A stretch of 64,000 nucleotides of DNA from Chthoniobacterales bacterium (GCA_038207045.1 JBBRAF010000009.1:19392-83391); one strand, 5' to 3'; numbered from the stretch's first letter, positions 9,986 to 20,300 are shown. The notes: generated from the letters alone by a model not told the origin. A program made the numbers and translations.

Positions 9986-11760
9986 GCGCTACCAGCACCG
10001 TTCTGCCTTTGTGAAGGAACTTGGAAACTCACCTCAAACTCCGTCCAATCGTTCGCGGAACTAACGAGACGTAGCTCGCCGCCGTGTAAAAGAGCGAGCT
10101 CGCAGGCAAGGTTCAGACCCAACCCGTGCCCGGCGACGTTACCACCCGCCCCTCCGCGGTTAAATCGCTCGAAAATATGTTCCTGTGCCGCCGGAGGGAT
10201 GGTCGAACCGGTATTTCCAATGCTCAGCGCGACCCCCTCCCGCCGTCGGCGCGTCGCGACGCGAATGCGGCCGCCCGGGCGATTATACTTGCGCGCATTC
10301 TCGATCAGGTTTTGCACGATCAAACTGGTGTAACGCTTTTCTCCCGCGACGTGCAAACCGGGAGAAACCTTTTTCTCAATTTGGACGTCCATCGAATCAG
10401 GCAATGCGCTCAGGTCATCCAGCCATTCATTCACCAATTCGGTCAAATCGACTGAGCTAAAGTCGATACTAAGTCTTCCCGCGTCCATGCGCGACAGCAA
10501 GAGGAGATCATCGATGACTCCCGTCAACCGGTAGGTCTGGTGTAGAAGTGAGGAAAGCTCATCGTAGACCGGCGCGTCAAAATCATTTCGCGCAAGGAGT
10601 GATTCGATGCCGACGCGCAGCACCGTGACCGGGCTCTTGAGCTGGTGCGACGCGTCGGCAGAGAAACGGGAAGAGCGCTTCAGTTCCTGGCTGGTGGTGG
10701 CAAGAGTCGCTTCAGCGCGTTCACGGCCGGCCAGGTTCGCCTCCGACTCGATGGCGAGCTTCTCGACCGGGCGAGACAAGCGCCCCGCTGCAAAGTGGCT
10801 GGCCAGAAAACCGAGGGCCAAAAGTCCGATACCGGCGCCAACGATCTGCGCCTGTAGTTTTCGCCGCCGCGCCGTGGCATTTTGCAGCGAATAAATACAG
10901 ACCTCGTAGGCTGGCGGGAACATTGATTGAGGATTGAGGATGCGAAAGAAGAGAAGGTGCGGCGAACCATCTAACGAGATGGTGAAGTTATTGCGCTCGG
11001 CTGTGCCGCGAAGGATCTGGGCCCCGAGATCGTGACTGAGAGCTTCCACCGCGGGCGCGCTCAGCGCCGGCAAGGAGAGACGACCATTTATCCAAATACC
11101 ACTGCGCATTTTCGATTCTTTCGCTCGCAGTTGCAGCGGTTCAAACCCGACGACAAGCGCGGAAATAACCTCGCCGGTCTCAGTGGAGTAGATGGGCAGT
11201 GTGATGATCTCATCGATGATCTCTCCCCGATCTCTCGAGCTTCGGAAAAAATAACCGATTTGCGTGTTCGTGGGCAGCTTGGCTAAAGTAATTTGCGATT
11301 CGTCCGCCGCGCTCAGTCGGCCGACCTCCGCGGGATTAGGCGGTGAAATAACCGATCCACTGGCATTGAGAAAGCGGTAGAAAGTGGCGGGCAAGGTGAG
11401 GGCACTGGGATCTGAGTTGGGTTCGCCCGATCGTAAGAGATCGCGTAGCTCGTCTTTCGCGCTCGGATAGAGCAGATCCAGCGCGTTATCTTCAAGCGCG
11501 GCGTGTAAACGGGGTTTAAGAACGAGACTGCGGCAGCGTTCGGCCAACACCTGGTGCCGTGCCTCTTCCGCGCGGTCAAGTGAAGTAAGCGCACTGCGGA
11601 ATTCCTGCTGCAAATCGCGCTCGGCGTCAGCGACGGCGTTACGCTGGACGATGTAAACTGCGACCATCGTTAAAATGCCGATGACGAGCATCATCGCTAC
11701 GATCAGCTTCGCCCGAAATGTGGCGACACCGCGTCGATCGAATCGAGGAAACGCGCTCAC
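9982..11760 (-). CDS. sensor histidine kinase (two TM segments, large extracytoplasmic loop, HisKA + HATPase_c)
   Basis: 592 aa. H-box FSADASHQLKSPVTVL, N-box/G-boxes (IENARKYN, GTGLGL-like GHGLGLNLA). Confidence 0.85.
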   Translation of the reverse strand: MSAFPRFDRRGVATFRAKLIVAMMLVIGILTMVAVYIVQRNAVADAERDLQQEFRSALTSLDRAEEARHQVLAERCRSLVLKPRLHAALEDNALDLLYPSAKDELRDLLRSGEPNSDPSALTLPATFYRFLNASGSVISPPNPAEVGRLSAADESQITLAKLPTNTQIGYFFRSSRDRGEIIDEIITLPIYSTETGEVISALVVGFEPLQLRAKESKMRSGIWINGRLSLPALSAPAVEALSHDLGAQILRGTAERNNFTISLDGSPHLLFFRILNPQSMFPPAYEVCIYSLQNATARRRKLQAQIVGAGIGLLALGFLASHFAAGRLSRPVEKLAIESEANLAGRERAEATLATTSQELKRSSRFSADASHQLKSPVTVLRVGIESLLARNDFDAPVYDELSSLLHQTYRLTGVIDDLLLLSRMDAGRLSIDFSSVDLTELVNEWLDDLSALPDSMDVQIEKKVSPGLHVAGEKRYTSLIVQNLIENARKYNRPGGRIRVATRRRREGVALSIGNTGSTIPPAAQEHIFERFNRGGAGGNVAGHGLGLNLACELALLHGGELRLVSSANDWTEFEVSFQVPSQRQNGAGSA

Positions 11761-12401
11761 GGAAAATCCAGATGAACAACGGCGCCGCTCTTAAGATCGA
11801 CAGGTTGCTCACGGGTCGTCCTGCTGTCGAGCCACGCTTTGACAGTGTAGTGGCCGGAAGGCAGTCCGTTGAGACGAAAACGGCCATTGGAATCGGTCGT
11901 GACGAAGTAAGGCGTGTCCAGAACAAGAATGAGTGCACGCATGTGCTCATGGATATCGCAGCGCAAGGTGACCAAACCTGGCGTATCGAAAACCTCCGAT
12001 GGAATCGGCCGCTCATCCGGACGATAGCGACCGAGGTCGAAACGCTTGGCTGGTGAGTAAGAGAAAATATTGTGATAAGTGTCATCCAGGTTGGGAAATT
12101 CCACTCGCGTTCCCGACTGCACCGGTAACAGGCCGGGGTCGAAGATAAGATTCTTTTGTGCCACCTGCTTTGTCGCTAATGACGCAGGCTTCCCGAACGC
12201 GCCCTCCAGGTAAACCACGGCGACGGGAGGGCTGGGCGAGAGAACTCCGCCCTTAGAGACAATCTCGTAACGCTGCGTCACTACCGGCGCCGAACGCTTC
12301 TTGGGTAACTCGACGCGCCCCTCCACCACCGCCTGTCCGCGCGACGACTGCCACGCCACGCCGCATATCAAGACCACCCCCAGGAAGCACCGTATAGTCA
12401 C
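11757..12401 (-). CDS. secreted cupredoxin-like domain protein with a carboxypeptidase-regulatory-like C-terminal domain
   Basis: 214 aa with a signal peptide. The segment VEFPNLDDTYHNIFS...LRCDIHEHM resembles a cupredoxin-like fold, and the C-terminus TDSNGRFRLNGLPSGHYTVKAW is CarboxypepD_reg-like. It overlaps the kinase gene by 4 bp. Confidence 0.5.
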   Translation of the reverse strand: MTIRCFLGVVLICGVAWQSSRGQAVVEGRVELPKKRSAPVVTQRYEIVSKGGVLSPSPPVAVVYLEGAFGKPASLATKQVAQKNLIFDPGLLPVQSGTRVEFPNLDDTYHNIFSYSPAKRFDLGRYRPDERPIPSEVFDTPGLVTLRCDIHEHMRALILVLDTPYFVTTDSNGRFRLNGLPSGHYTVKAWLDSRTTREQPVDLKSGAVVHLDFP

Positions 12402-12507
12402 GGCGCGTAGATTAACAGCTACGATGGATACCGCAAAGCGCCGTCTGGTAACAGCGAGAAGCCCTGCCGCTGGTAGCAGTAGGGCTACTCTTCCCTATGA
12501 CCCACTC

Positions 12508-13656
12508 CTAGTCGTGCTCGATTTCGTAAACCTCCACTAACGAGATTCCAGCAGCGTTATTCGCACCGGTTACGACGGTGGTGTAGGCTCCCGGCTCCAG
12601 GCGCAGCAGCACAGCGGGCTCACTGGCGTTGCGTGGCGACAGTCCGCTCGCGACGATGTCCCCGGCATTAGCATTCGATCGCCAGCTGTCATTTTGCGCG
12701 AGCACGGTCTGCCCTTCAACTAGCCTGAATTGTGGATCAGCCAGCACCGGGCTAACGCCGAACGGGGCCAGCGTCGGTCCCAAGGCGCGAATTAGCACGA
12801 GCTTGGGTCCGCCGCTAATAATAAACCCGCCGATGAGTTGTCCTTGGCCCGTGGTCACAAATCCGCGTGTCGAAACATTGATGAGATGGTTCTCCGAAGA
12901 CTCCTGCCCTCCCCGGAAAGTAAAGCTGACGCCGTTGATCGGAAATGTCGCGGTCAAGCGACCGTGGCTGAAGTCTAAGGTGCCACTACTGGTCTGGCCG
13001 GTTATTAAGGTGATAGTAAAGACGCCGGAAAAATGTGGCGCGCTATCATCTTCATGCTCGTCTTCAATTTCATCTCCGTGCTCGATTTCATTTTCATTTT
13101 CAATTTCGCCTCCCTGAGTCATTGCCGCCTTGGCAGTGGCGGCTGGATGTACGGTCGTCGTCCCAAATCCGCCGATCACCGTTGAACCCTGCGTCCCAAC
13201 GAAGAAGATTCTGCCCTGGCTATCAACCAGGAACCTGGCATCGAAACTACTCCCGCTGCTCGCGACGGCATTGCCAGAAAAACGGCCGCCCACATCATCG
13301 CTAGCCCCGAAAATTTGCACGCGACTGGCAGTGACATTCTGAGCAGCCACGGTTGCGCTAATTAGGTTGGGCGTAACATGGCCCGTAATGGTGCCGGCCG
13401 GAAAGGTTGTAAGCGCGAATGCGCCGTCATCCGCTACCGCCGCACCGCCGAAGCTTGCTTGATGTGCTGCAGTGTTGAAAACATAAGCGGAGATGGCGTG
13501 ATTACCCTGGACAAAGAAAACTATCTTGCCGCCGCCGGCGAGGCTGCCTTCGAACAGCCCGCGCCTGCTTTGTTCACCGTATCCCGGAGCTGCCAGTGCA
13601 ATCAGTAAAGTGCATACATACGCCCCTTTCTTTATTAACTGTAGTGTTGAGTTCAT
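12508..13656 (-). CDS. secreted protein of unknown function with an acidic His/Glu/Asp linker and a conserved-looking C-terminal domain
   Basis: 382 aa with a signal peptide. The central run is GGEIENENEIEHGDEIEDEHEDD. The C-terminal ~120 aa is NVSTRGFV..LIGGFII.G...VLIRALGP.L..FGV...L.DP. Confidence 0.6.
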   Translation of the reverse strand: MNSTLQLIKKGAYVCTLLIALAAPGYGEQSRRGLFEGSLAGGGKIVFFVQGNHAISAYVFNTAAHQASFGGAAVADDGAFALTTFPAGTITGHVTPNLISATVAAQNVTASRVQIFGASDDVGGRFSGNAVASSGSSFDARFLVDSQGRIFFVGTQGSTVIGGFGTTTVHPAATAKAAMTQGGEIENENEIEHGDEIEDEHEDDSAPHFSGVFTITLITGQTSSGTLDFSHGRLTATFPINGVSFTFRGGQESSENHLINVSTRGFVTTGQGQLIGGFIISGGPKLVLIRALGPTLAPFGVSPVLADPQFRLVEGQTVLAQNDSWRSNANAGDIVASGLSPRNASEPAVLLRLEPGAYTTVVTGANNAAGISLVEVYEIEHD

Positions 13657-13738
13657 TGACTCAGCCTAACGTGCGAAGTAGTCGTCTAGCTAACTGTTAT
13701 AGGTAACGCGTTTGTTACCTGCCTGCTTGGACTAGGCT

Positions 13739-15091
13739 TCAGGAAACTGCGCGCGTCTCATCAGCCGCGGGCAAGCTGAGGCGAAATTCCGTCCATTGCT
13801 CGTCCGATTTCAGCAGGCTGACATCGCCTCCCTGCGCCCGCGCCAGTTCGCGCGCGATAGTGAGCCCAAGGCCCTGACCCTCGATGCGTCCGTCGCCTCG
13901 CGCTCGATAAAAGCGTTCGAAAATATTTGCGCGACGCTCGCGCGGGATACCTTCCCCGTTGTTCCCGATTGTTACCTCCACCTCCCCATCCACCCGACGC
14001 GCGCCGATGGAAATGGTCCCTCCCGGTTGGTTAAACTTCACCGCATTCTCCACCAGGTTCTGCGTGATGAGCGAGGTCGATGCGCGATCAGCTACGACCG
14101 TAAGCTCACCCGACACGTCCGTTTTTACCATTAGGCCATTCGGCTCAGCCAGCGCGCGTGTGTCGTCGCACATCCCATCAAGAACCTCGCGCAAGTCAAA
14201 GCGGCAGGGCTGCAAGGCGAGACGGCCGGCATCGGCGCGCGCGAGCAAAAGAAGGTTTTCCGCGATGGAAGTAAGTTGATGCGTCTGGTGCAGCAACGCC
14301 TCGGAGCGCGCGCGATGTTTCCTTGTCGTTGACGGGTCGACTAGCATTTCTTCAATACCTGCGCGCAGGACGGAGATGGGAGTCTTTAATTGGTGGGACG
14401 CATCAGCCGAAAAACGGATGGATTGCTCGAAACTGTTTTGCAACCGATCAAACGTGCGATTCAGGACACCGACCAATCCGGCTATTTCGTCATGAGCGGC
14501 AGGCTCAGGCAACCGTTGACCCAGATTGCTAATTGTGATCTTCGCAGCCGCGTTACCTATCGCTTCAACCGGCCCGAGCGCCTTTTTGGCGACCCAACGT
14601 CCGCCCAACGTTACCACCAACAGAACGGTAGGAATGGCGGCGAACATGCCAAGAACGATATCGAGCCCGAGCCGGTCTATCTCGGAACGATCGGCTGCGA
14701 TGTATAAGGTGCGATCACCATGACGAAACGTTCCTATCCGATAGTTCCTGCCCTGCAGAGTGCGGTCATGGAACTTCTCAATCCCGTCGCTCAGACTTCT
14801 GTCACCGAGACGCGGCGACTGATACAATGACTTATCATTGGCGGTCTTCAGCTCCAGCCAATGGTCACGCGCCACAAGCCCGGCCAGCCCCTGCTTATTT
14901 GAATCGTTAGACGGAGCGGCGTCTAGAACAGCGAAAATCTCCTTCGCTTCCGCAAGCATGCGCCGGTCGAGACGCGCTACCTCGGAGAAGTGCATCACCG
15001 CCCAGGTGGTGGTGGCGCCAGCAATCGTCGCGACGATACCCAAAGCGGCCGCATACCAGGCGATCTTCCAGCGCAACGGCCAGCTCTTCAT
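13739..15091 (-). CDS. sensor histidine kinase (HAMP + HisKA + HATPase_c)
   Basis: 450 aa. H-box FSADASHQLKTPISVL and ATPase motifs. It overlaps the regulator gene by 4 bp. Confidence 0.88.
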   Translation of the reverse strand: MKSWPLRWKIAWYAAALGIVATIAGATTTWAVMHFSEVARLDRRMLAEAKEIFAVLDAAPSNDSNKQGLAGLVARDHWLELKTANDKSLYQSPRLGDRSLSDGIEKFHDRTLQGRNYRIGTFRHGDRTLYIAADRSEIDRLGLDIVLGMFAAIPTVLLVVTLGGRWVAKKALGPVEAIGNAAAKITISNLGQRLPEPAAHDEIAGLVGVLNRTFDRLQNSFEQSIRFSADASHQLKTPISVLRAGIEEMLVDPSTTRKHRARSEALLHQTHQLTSIAENLLLLARADAGRLALQPCRFDLREVLDGMCDDTRALAEPNGLMVKTDVSGELTVVADRASTSLITQNLVENAVKFNQPGGTISIGARRVDGEVEVTIGNNGEGIPRERRANIFERFYRARGDGRIEGQGLGLTIARELARAQGGDVSLLKSDEQWTEFRLSLPAADETRAVS

Positions 15092-15753
15092 TTCGCGTCT
15101 TTGATCATGTACCCAATATGTCTAATGGTGTGGATAAGAGGGGGCGCAGCAATTTTCTTGCGCAGCCGGCCGATAAATACCTCAACCAGCTTCATATCGT
15201 ACTCATGCTCCCGCTCCCACACTCGCTCGCACAGCTCGGTGCGAGTAAAGACCCGGCCCGGCTCGCGCATGAGAACTTTTAGTAGAGTAAGTTCGCGAGT
15301 GGATAACTCGATGCGGCGGCCGCCGCGCTGCACGGTTTGGTCGGCCACATGCAGCGTGAGATCTCCCACCCGCCACTCCAAGGCTGGCTCCTCCGCGAAG
15401 CGGCGGCTAAGAGCGCGAATGCGCGCCAGAAGCTCCTGCATGGCGAAAGGCTTGGCCAGATAGTCATCCGCTCCCAGCTGAAGGCCGGCCACTCGATCGC
15501 TCACCTCGCCGCGTGCCGTCAACATGATGATGCGGCTGGTAACGCGGTTTCCTCGGAGGCGTCGCAACACCTCGAAGCCGTCAATCCCTGGCAGGCCAAC
15601 GTCGAGAATCACCAAATCGAAGCCGGTCTCCGATCCGGCGCGCAGCGCCGCCTCGCCCTCGAAGACGGCGACGGGATCGTGGCCCGCTTCCGTGAGCGCG
15701 GAAAGAATATGGCGCGACAAACGCACTTCATCATCGACTACCAGGATGCGCAT
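15088..15753 (-). CDS. OmpR-family response regulator
   Basis: 221 aa. The receiver domain has MRILVVDDE...DLVILDVGLPGIDG, and the C-terminus is a winged-helix domain (LTLLKVLMREPGRVFTR...IHTIRHIGY). Confidence 0.9.
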   Translation of the reverse strand: MRILVVDDEVRLSRHILSALTEAGHDPVAVFEGEAALRAGSETGFDLVILDVGLPGIDGFEVLRRLRGNRVTSRIIMLTARGEVSDRVAGLQLGADDYLAKPFAMQELLARIRALSRRFAEEPALEWRVGDLTLHVADQTVQRGGRRIELSTRELTLLKVLMREPGRVFTRTELCERVWEREHEYDMKLVEVFIGRLRKKIAAPPLIHTIRHIGYMIKDAK

Positions 15754-15834
15754 AATGTGACAGGTAATTGTACCGTTGGGATGATCTATAGCACGAAGGC
15801 GGCGGATCGAACAATATCGCAGGCATGTGGCAAA

Positions 15835-15989
15835 GGTAACACTTCCGTTACTTTTTCAGGCAAGGTCATGCCGTGCCTTTGATAATACTCGTTAGCAATG
15901 ATTTGAGCCGAGCTACCATGGTAACTTCCGTCTTTACTCATGAGACTGACTAATCCGAGAAGTCGTTAACTACCAAGGTAACATCCGCG
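15835..15989. promoter_or_regulatory. three direct repeats GGTAAC(N0-2)TCCG in the divergent intergenic region (candidate response-regulator boxes)
   Basis: GGTAACACTTCCGTTAC at 15835-15851, GGTAACTTCCGTC at 15920-15932 and GGTAACATCCGCG at 15977-15989. A weaker GGTAATTGTACCGTT lies near 15760. Confidence 0.35.
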
Positions 15990-16038
15990 ATACCTTTGCG
16001 GGTTAGAACAGATGTTGCGATGTGCTTTAACTACTCGC

Positions 16039-16449
16039 ATGAAGATGAAATCACATACCCTGGCGGTGGCATTGTCCACCGTCGCAGTAGCAGTTATTCC
16101 AAGCGTCGCGCAGGCTCATGGTCACGGCGGCGCTGGCAGCGGTCGATCGATGATGGGCGGCAGTTTCTCCCGCTCCGCTATTGTGCAGCAAGCCAGCATG
16201 CGACGAGGCGGAGTCGATAACCGAATGGGGCATAACCTCAATGACAACCGCGGGCAGCTTCGCGGCCGTGGGGCGAACGATGGTGCTCGTCATGATGCAG
16301 GTGACGATCGCGGCCGCAACCGCGAACGTGGTCGGGACGATCGTAACCGTGGCGGCGATGATCGTGGTCGCGGACGCGGGGCGGATGATGGCATCCGCCA
16401 CGATGTGAGGGATGACCGCGGGGCGGCGCGGCAGGGCCGGCGCGGATGA
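16039..16449 (+). CDS. secreted Arg/Gly/Asp-rich repeat protein; the reading frame appears interrupted near 16420-16447
   Basis: It has a signal peptide (MKMKSHTLAVALSTVAVAVIPSVAQA) followed by repeats such as RGRGANDGARHDAGDDRGRNRERGRDD. The same repeat continues in the +1 frame to a TAA at 16556-16558. Confidence 0.55.
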   Translation: MKMKSHTLAVALSTVAVAVIPSVAQAHGHGGAGSGRSMMGGSFSRSAIVQQASMRRGGVDNRMGHNLNDNRGQLRGRGANDGARHDAGDDRGRNRERGRDDRNRGGDDRGRGRGADDGIRHDVRDDRGAARQGRRG

Positions 16450-16563
16450 TCCGGCCGGGCATGAAGCGGGCGATGACAATGGGCGCAACCGTCATCGTCG
16501 CGGTCGTCACTACCGGACGGAGCGGGAGCGGATCTCCGGAGAATCGGAGCAAACGTAACAAAG

Positions 16564-16598
16564 CAGCCCTCACAATCGTGAGGGCTGTTTCCTTTTCT
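16564..16598 (+). terminator. intrinsic terminator
   Basis: Stem CAGCCCTCAC / GTGAGGGCTG with loop AATC, followed by TTTCCTTTTCT. Confidence 0.75.
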
Positions 16599-16740
16599 AC
16601 GGCAGTTTGTCAGAGCCGAGATCTGACCAGACCAATGCAACTCGTCCGATTCGCTCCGCGGAAATGATAAGTGACGAGAAAGTTAAATGAAATTCCTACA
16701 AATTGTTAGCACAAACACTGTAACTTCAAACAGAGACCAG

Positions 16741-17295
16741 TCACTGCGGGCCGGTTTCTTCGATATCCTGTAACCAGGGGCCGTAGCGTGCGCCAATCTT
16801 TTCGGCTGAACTGAAGAGCAGGACATAGAAAGCCATCACGACAGAAGCGGTGAAAGCGGCTCCGGCCCAGTGGTGTGCGCGCATGCGCGCAAGCCGCGGC
16901 ATATAGGCCACCCAACCGAAGGCGCTAAGAAGAACGACGACCGCATCAAAGCTGCCGCGTTGCCAGTAGCTGCCGCCGAGGTGCAGCCACATGCCGAATT
17001 CATCAAAGGTAAGCGCCATGCCAAAGCCGTAGAAGAGTGCGCAGAGTTTGCGCAGTTGATCTGACCGGCGAGTTTGAAAAACAAGGATCGCGCCGACGGC
17101 GGAGAGGATGAAGATGCCGTAGTTTAGATGATGAATGTGCGTCCCGCGAGCGTGCAGGAAGAGATCAGGCATGCGTCGCGTCATGATAAGAATGACAAGA
17201 ACGCGCGCGGTAATGAAGGTGAAAAGAAAGGCGAGGAAAACGCGGCGCGCGAGGAGCCGGACCGGGATTGGGCCGGTTTGTTCCGGCTCAGTCAT
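16741..17295 (-). CDS. polytopic membrane protein, function unknown
   Basis: 184 aa with about five hydrophobic helices. Confidence 0.55.
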   Translation of the reverse strand: MTEPEQTGPIPVRLLARRVFLAFLFTFITARVLVILIMTRRMPDLFLHARGTHIHHLNYGIFILSAVGAILVFQTRRSDQLRKLCALFYGFGMALTFDEFGMWLHLGGSYWQRGSFDAVVVLLSAFGWVAYMPRLARMRAHHWAGAAFTASVVMAFYVLLFSSAEKIGARYGPWLQDIEETGPQ

Positions 17296-17331
17296 CGAGA
17301 TAACACGTAAGTGCGAAATCCAGCACGCCTT

Positions 17332-20300
17332 CTACTCTCCGGAGGTATTGTTCTGGTCCGAGTGCTGGTCGGATTTAATCTCGATCTGGTCAAGACCAGC
17401 CGCGGCAAGTTCTCGGTTTAGCCTGGGAAGATCGTCTGTCACGACTCTCTGCCATCGCTCAATCAGAGATGGTAAATCGCGAAGGAACTTAGCGACCGCA
17501 GCTTTGACGCTCGGACGCGGAGCGGCATCCACCTCCTGTAGCTGGGTGAAAAGGCTCTGGAGCTGGCCCAGTGCCTCAAAACTGAGCGGTGCGCCCGGGC
17601 GGGCATTGGCGGGGGCGAATTGGGCGAGCGTCTTCGCGAAATCGTCGAGCTGTTTCGTGATGGAGCTCTGGCGTTCCTTCGCTTTCTCGACTTCGCCGTG
17701 GAGGGAAAGAAAGCTTTTGCTGATTTGCTGCAATTGCGGGCGCGCATCATAGAGTTGCTTGGAAAGGGTCAACTGATCGGCGAGATCGGTGTCCGCCGTT
17801 TTCACCCGCGGATCCATTCGCACCGCCAGCGGCTGCGTATGGCTTTTGCCGTTCGCGCTTAGGACAACGGAATATTGGCCTGGCATTGCCCACGGCGAAG
17901 TCGCTTCTGGCGCGGTATGGCGGAAAACCGCGCTGATCGGAAACTCCGGCTCGATGTCGGCGATTGGTGTGTAGTGCAGGTCCCAAACAAAACGGTGCAA
18001 ACCCGCCGTAGCTGGAAGCTGTTGCGCAGGCCGAATCCAATAGCTCGGCACCTTTAACTTTTTCATGTCGATGTTCGGCGCTGGATCGTCGCTGGCGTAA
18101 CGACGCACGATGTTTCCCTTGGCATCCTTGACCTCCAACGTAACGCCGGCGCTCACATCCGACGGGAGGAAGTAATCGATCATTGCGCCATCCGGCGGAT
18201 TTTCACCGGTGGGTTCGTCTGGCGGAAGCGGCGTATCAGTATTCATGTTCCATCGCACGCGCCATGCCGTTTGCGGTTTGAAGAAGATCGTCTCGGTAGG
18301 TTTGGCAGCGAGCTGACGCAGCGGAGTAACATTATCCAGAATCCAGAAACCGCGGCCATGCGTTGCGACACAGAGATCGTCATCTTTAACAATAAGGTCG
18401 CGCACTGAAGTCGCGGGCATGTTAAGGCGAAGGGATTGCCAGTTTTCACCATCATCTAACGAGAAATAGACTGCGCGCTCCGTGCCGGCGAAAAGCAGAC
18501 CTCGGCGCTGCGGGTCTTCGCGCACCGCATTCACCGTCTGGCCGTCAGGAAAGCCGCGCACAATTTCCTGCCAGCTCCTGCCCGCATCATGTGTGCGGTA
18601 GATGTGCGGGCGCACGTCATCGAGGCGCAGAGTGTTCACCGCAGCGTAGGCCGTGCCGGCGTCGAAGCGACCGGCGTCGATGATGGAAATTTTCTGCCAC
18701 GCGCTGATAGGAGGCGGCGTCACATCGTTCCACGTTTTGCCACCGTCGTTTGTCAGTTGGATCAGGCCGTCGTCCGTGCCGGCCCAGATGCGATTGGCAT
18801 CCAGCGGAGAGGGAGCGACGGTATAAATCACTCCGCGCTGCTTCGCTTCCGCGGTCGGTTCAGAACGATACTTCCCAATGCTCGCGGGTAGCTCGTACGT
18901 TTTGCGCGACAGATCGGGACTGATCTGCGTCCAGGTTTCGCCGCGATCACGCGTTTTCCACAAGGTATTACCGGCGAAGAAGAGTAAATGGGGATCGAGG
19001 GGGGGGAAGACGATGGGCTGGGTGCGAATCATTCGAAAATCGGGCGAACGCAGCGGCAACGGAAGAATTTCCTGCGCCTGATCGGTGCGTCGGTCGTAGC
19101 GCGTCAGCTTTCCACCATAGACGATGTCGGGATCGAGTGGATCAGCAACGACATACCCGTATTCCTCAGCTGCGACTGGATGCCAATCGCGGAAAGTGAT
19201 GGCGCCGTCATTGCCCCGACTAGAGATCCCGACCGAGCCGCTTTCCTGTTGCCCGCTGTAGAGACGATACGGAAAGCTGTTGTCCGCGCTGACGTGATAA
19301 AGTTGCGCGGTCGACTGGTTATACCACGAGCTCCAGGTGCGGCCACCATTCACGGTCACGATCGCGCCCTGATCGCTGCCGAGCAGGATAATGTCGGTGT
19401 TGCGGGGATTGATCCAAACGTTCTGGTAATCGTCGCCGCCGGGCGCACCCCGCCAGGCCGTCCAGGTCTTTCCGCCGTCGGTCGATTTCCAGCAAACTAC
19501 GCTCGCGGAGTAAACGATGTTCGGATTCTTCGGGTCGAATCGGACGACCGGCAGCTCGCCTCCACCGATGCCTGCGGCGGGACGTTCGTCCTCGGTGATT
19601 TTGCGCCAGGTCTCGCCCGCGTTTTCGGAACGTAAGAGCTCCGAGTGCTTTAATCCGCTCACCGAAGCGAACAATGTATTCGGCGCGCTCGGCGCGATGG
19701 CAATATTCGCCTGCACGATCGCCTCAGGCAATCCATTGCGCAGCTGCGTCCAGGTTTTGCCGCCATCGACCGATTTGAAGATGCCGCCGTTGCCGCCATC
19801 CCAAGTGCTGTTTTCCCACGGGCCTTCGCGCGATTCCCACAGGGAGGCATAAACAATTTCGGGATTTGCCGGATCGATCGCGACATCCGCCCCGCCCGTA
19901 TTCTCGTCTTTATAAAGGACCTTCTCGAACGTCTTGCCGCCGTCGCTCGAACGAAAGATACCGCGCTCCTGGTTTGGCCCGTAAGGATGACCGCTAACCG
20001 CGACGAAGAGCCGTTCAGCATTGCCCGGATCGATCGCAATCTGCGGAATTTGCTGGCCATCACGCAGGCCGAGTTGCGTCCAGGTTTCGCCCGCATCGGT
20101 CGATTTATAAATACCATCGCCGACGGACAAATCCGGGCGATGCAAACCTTCGCCGCTGCCGACATAGACGACGTTCGGGTCCGAATTCGCGACCGCAATC
20201 GCGCCAACAGATGCTGTCGGCTGACCATCAAAAATCGGTGTCCATGTTCGCCCGAAATCGTTCGTCTTGAACACACCACCGTTCACCTGCGCCATGTAAA

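Noticed and set aside
12535-12544. CACTAACGAG, which resembles the attC-like left end
   Set aside because: It lies inside the coding sequence (..SLVEVYEIEHD) of a well-supported gene. There is no matching right end or palindrome, so it is a chance match.
16051-16640. Several 110-145-aa minus-strand ORFs
   Set aside because: They arise from the GC-rich, stop-poor repeat DNA of the Arg/Gly/Asp-repeat gene. The plus-strand gene has a signal peptide and a terminator.
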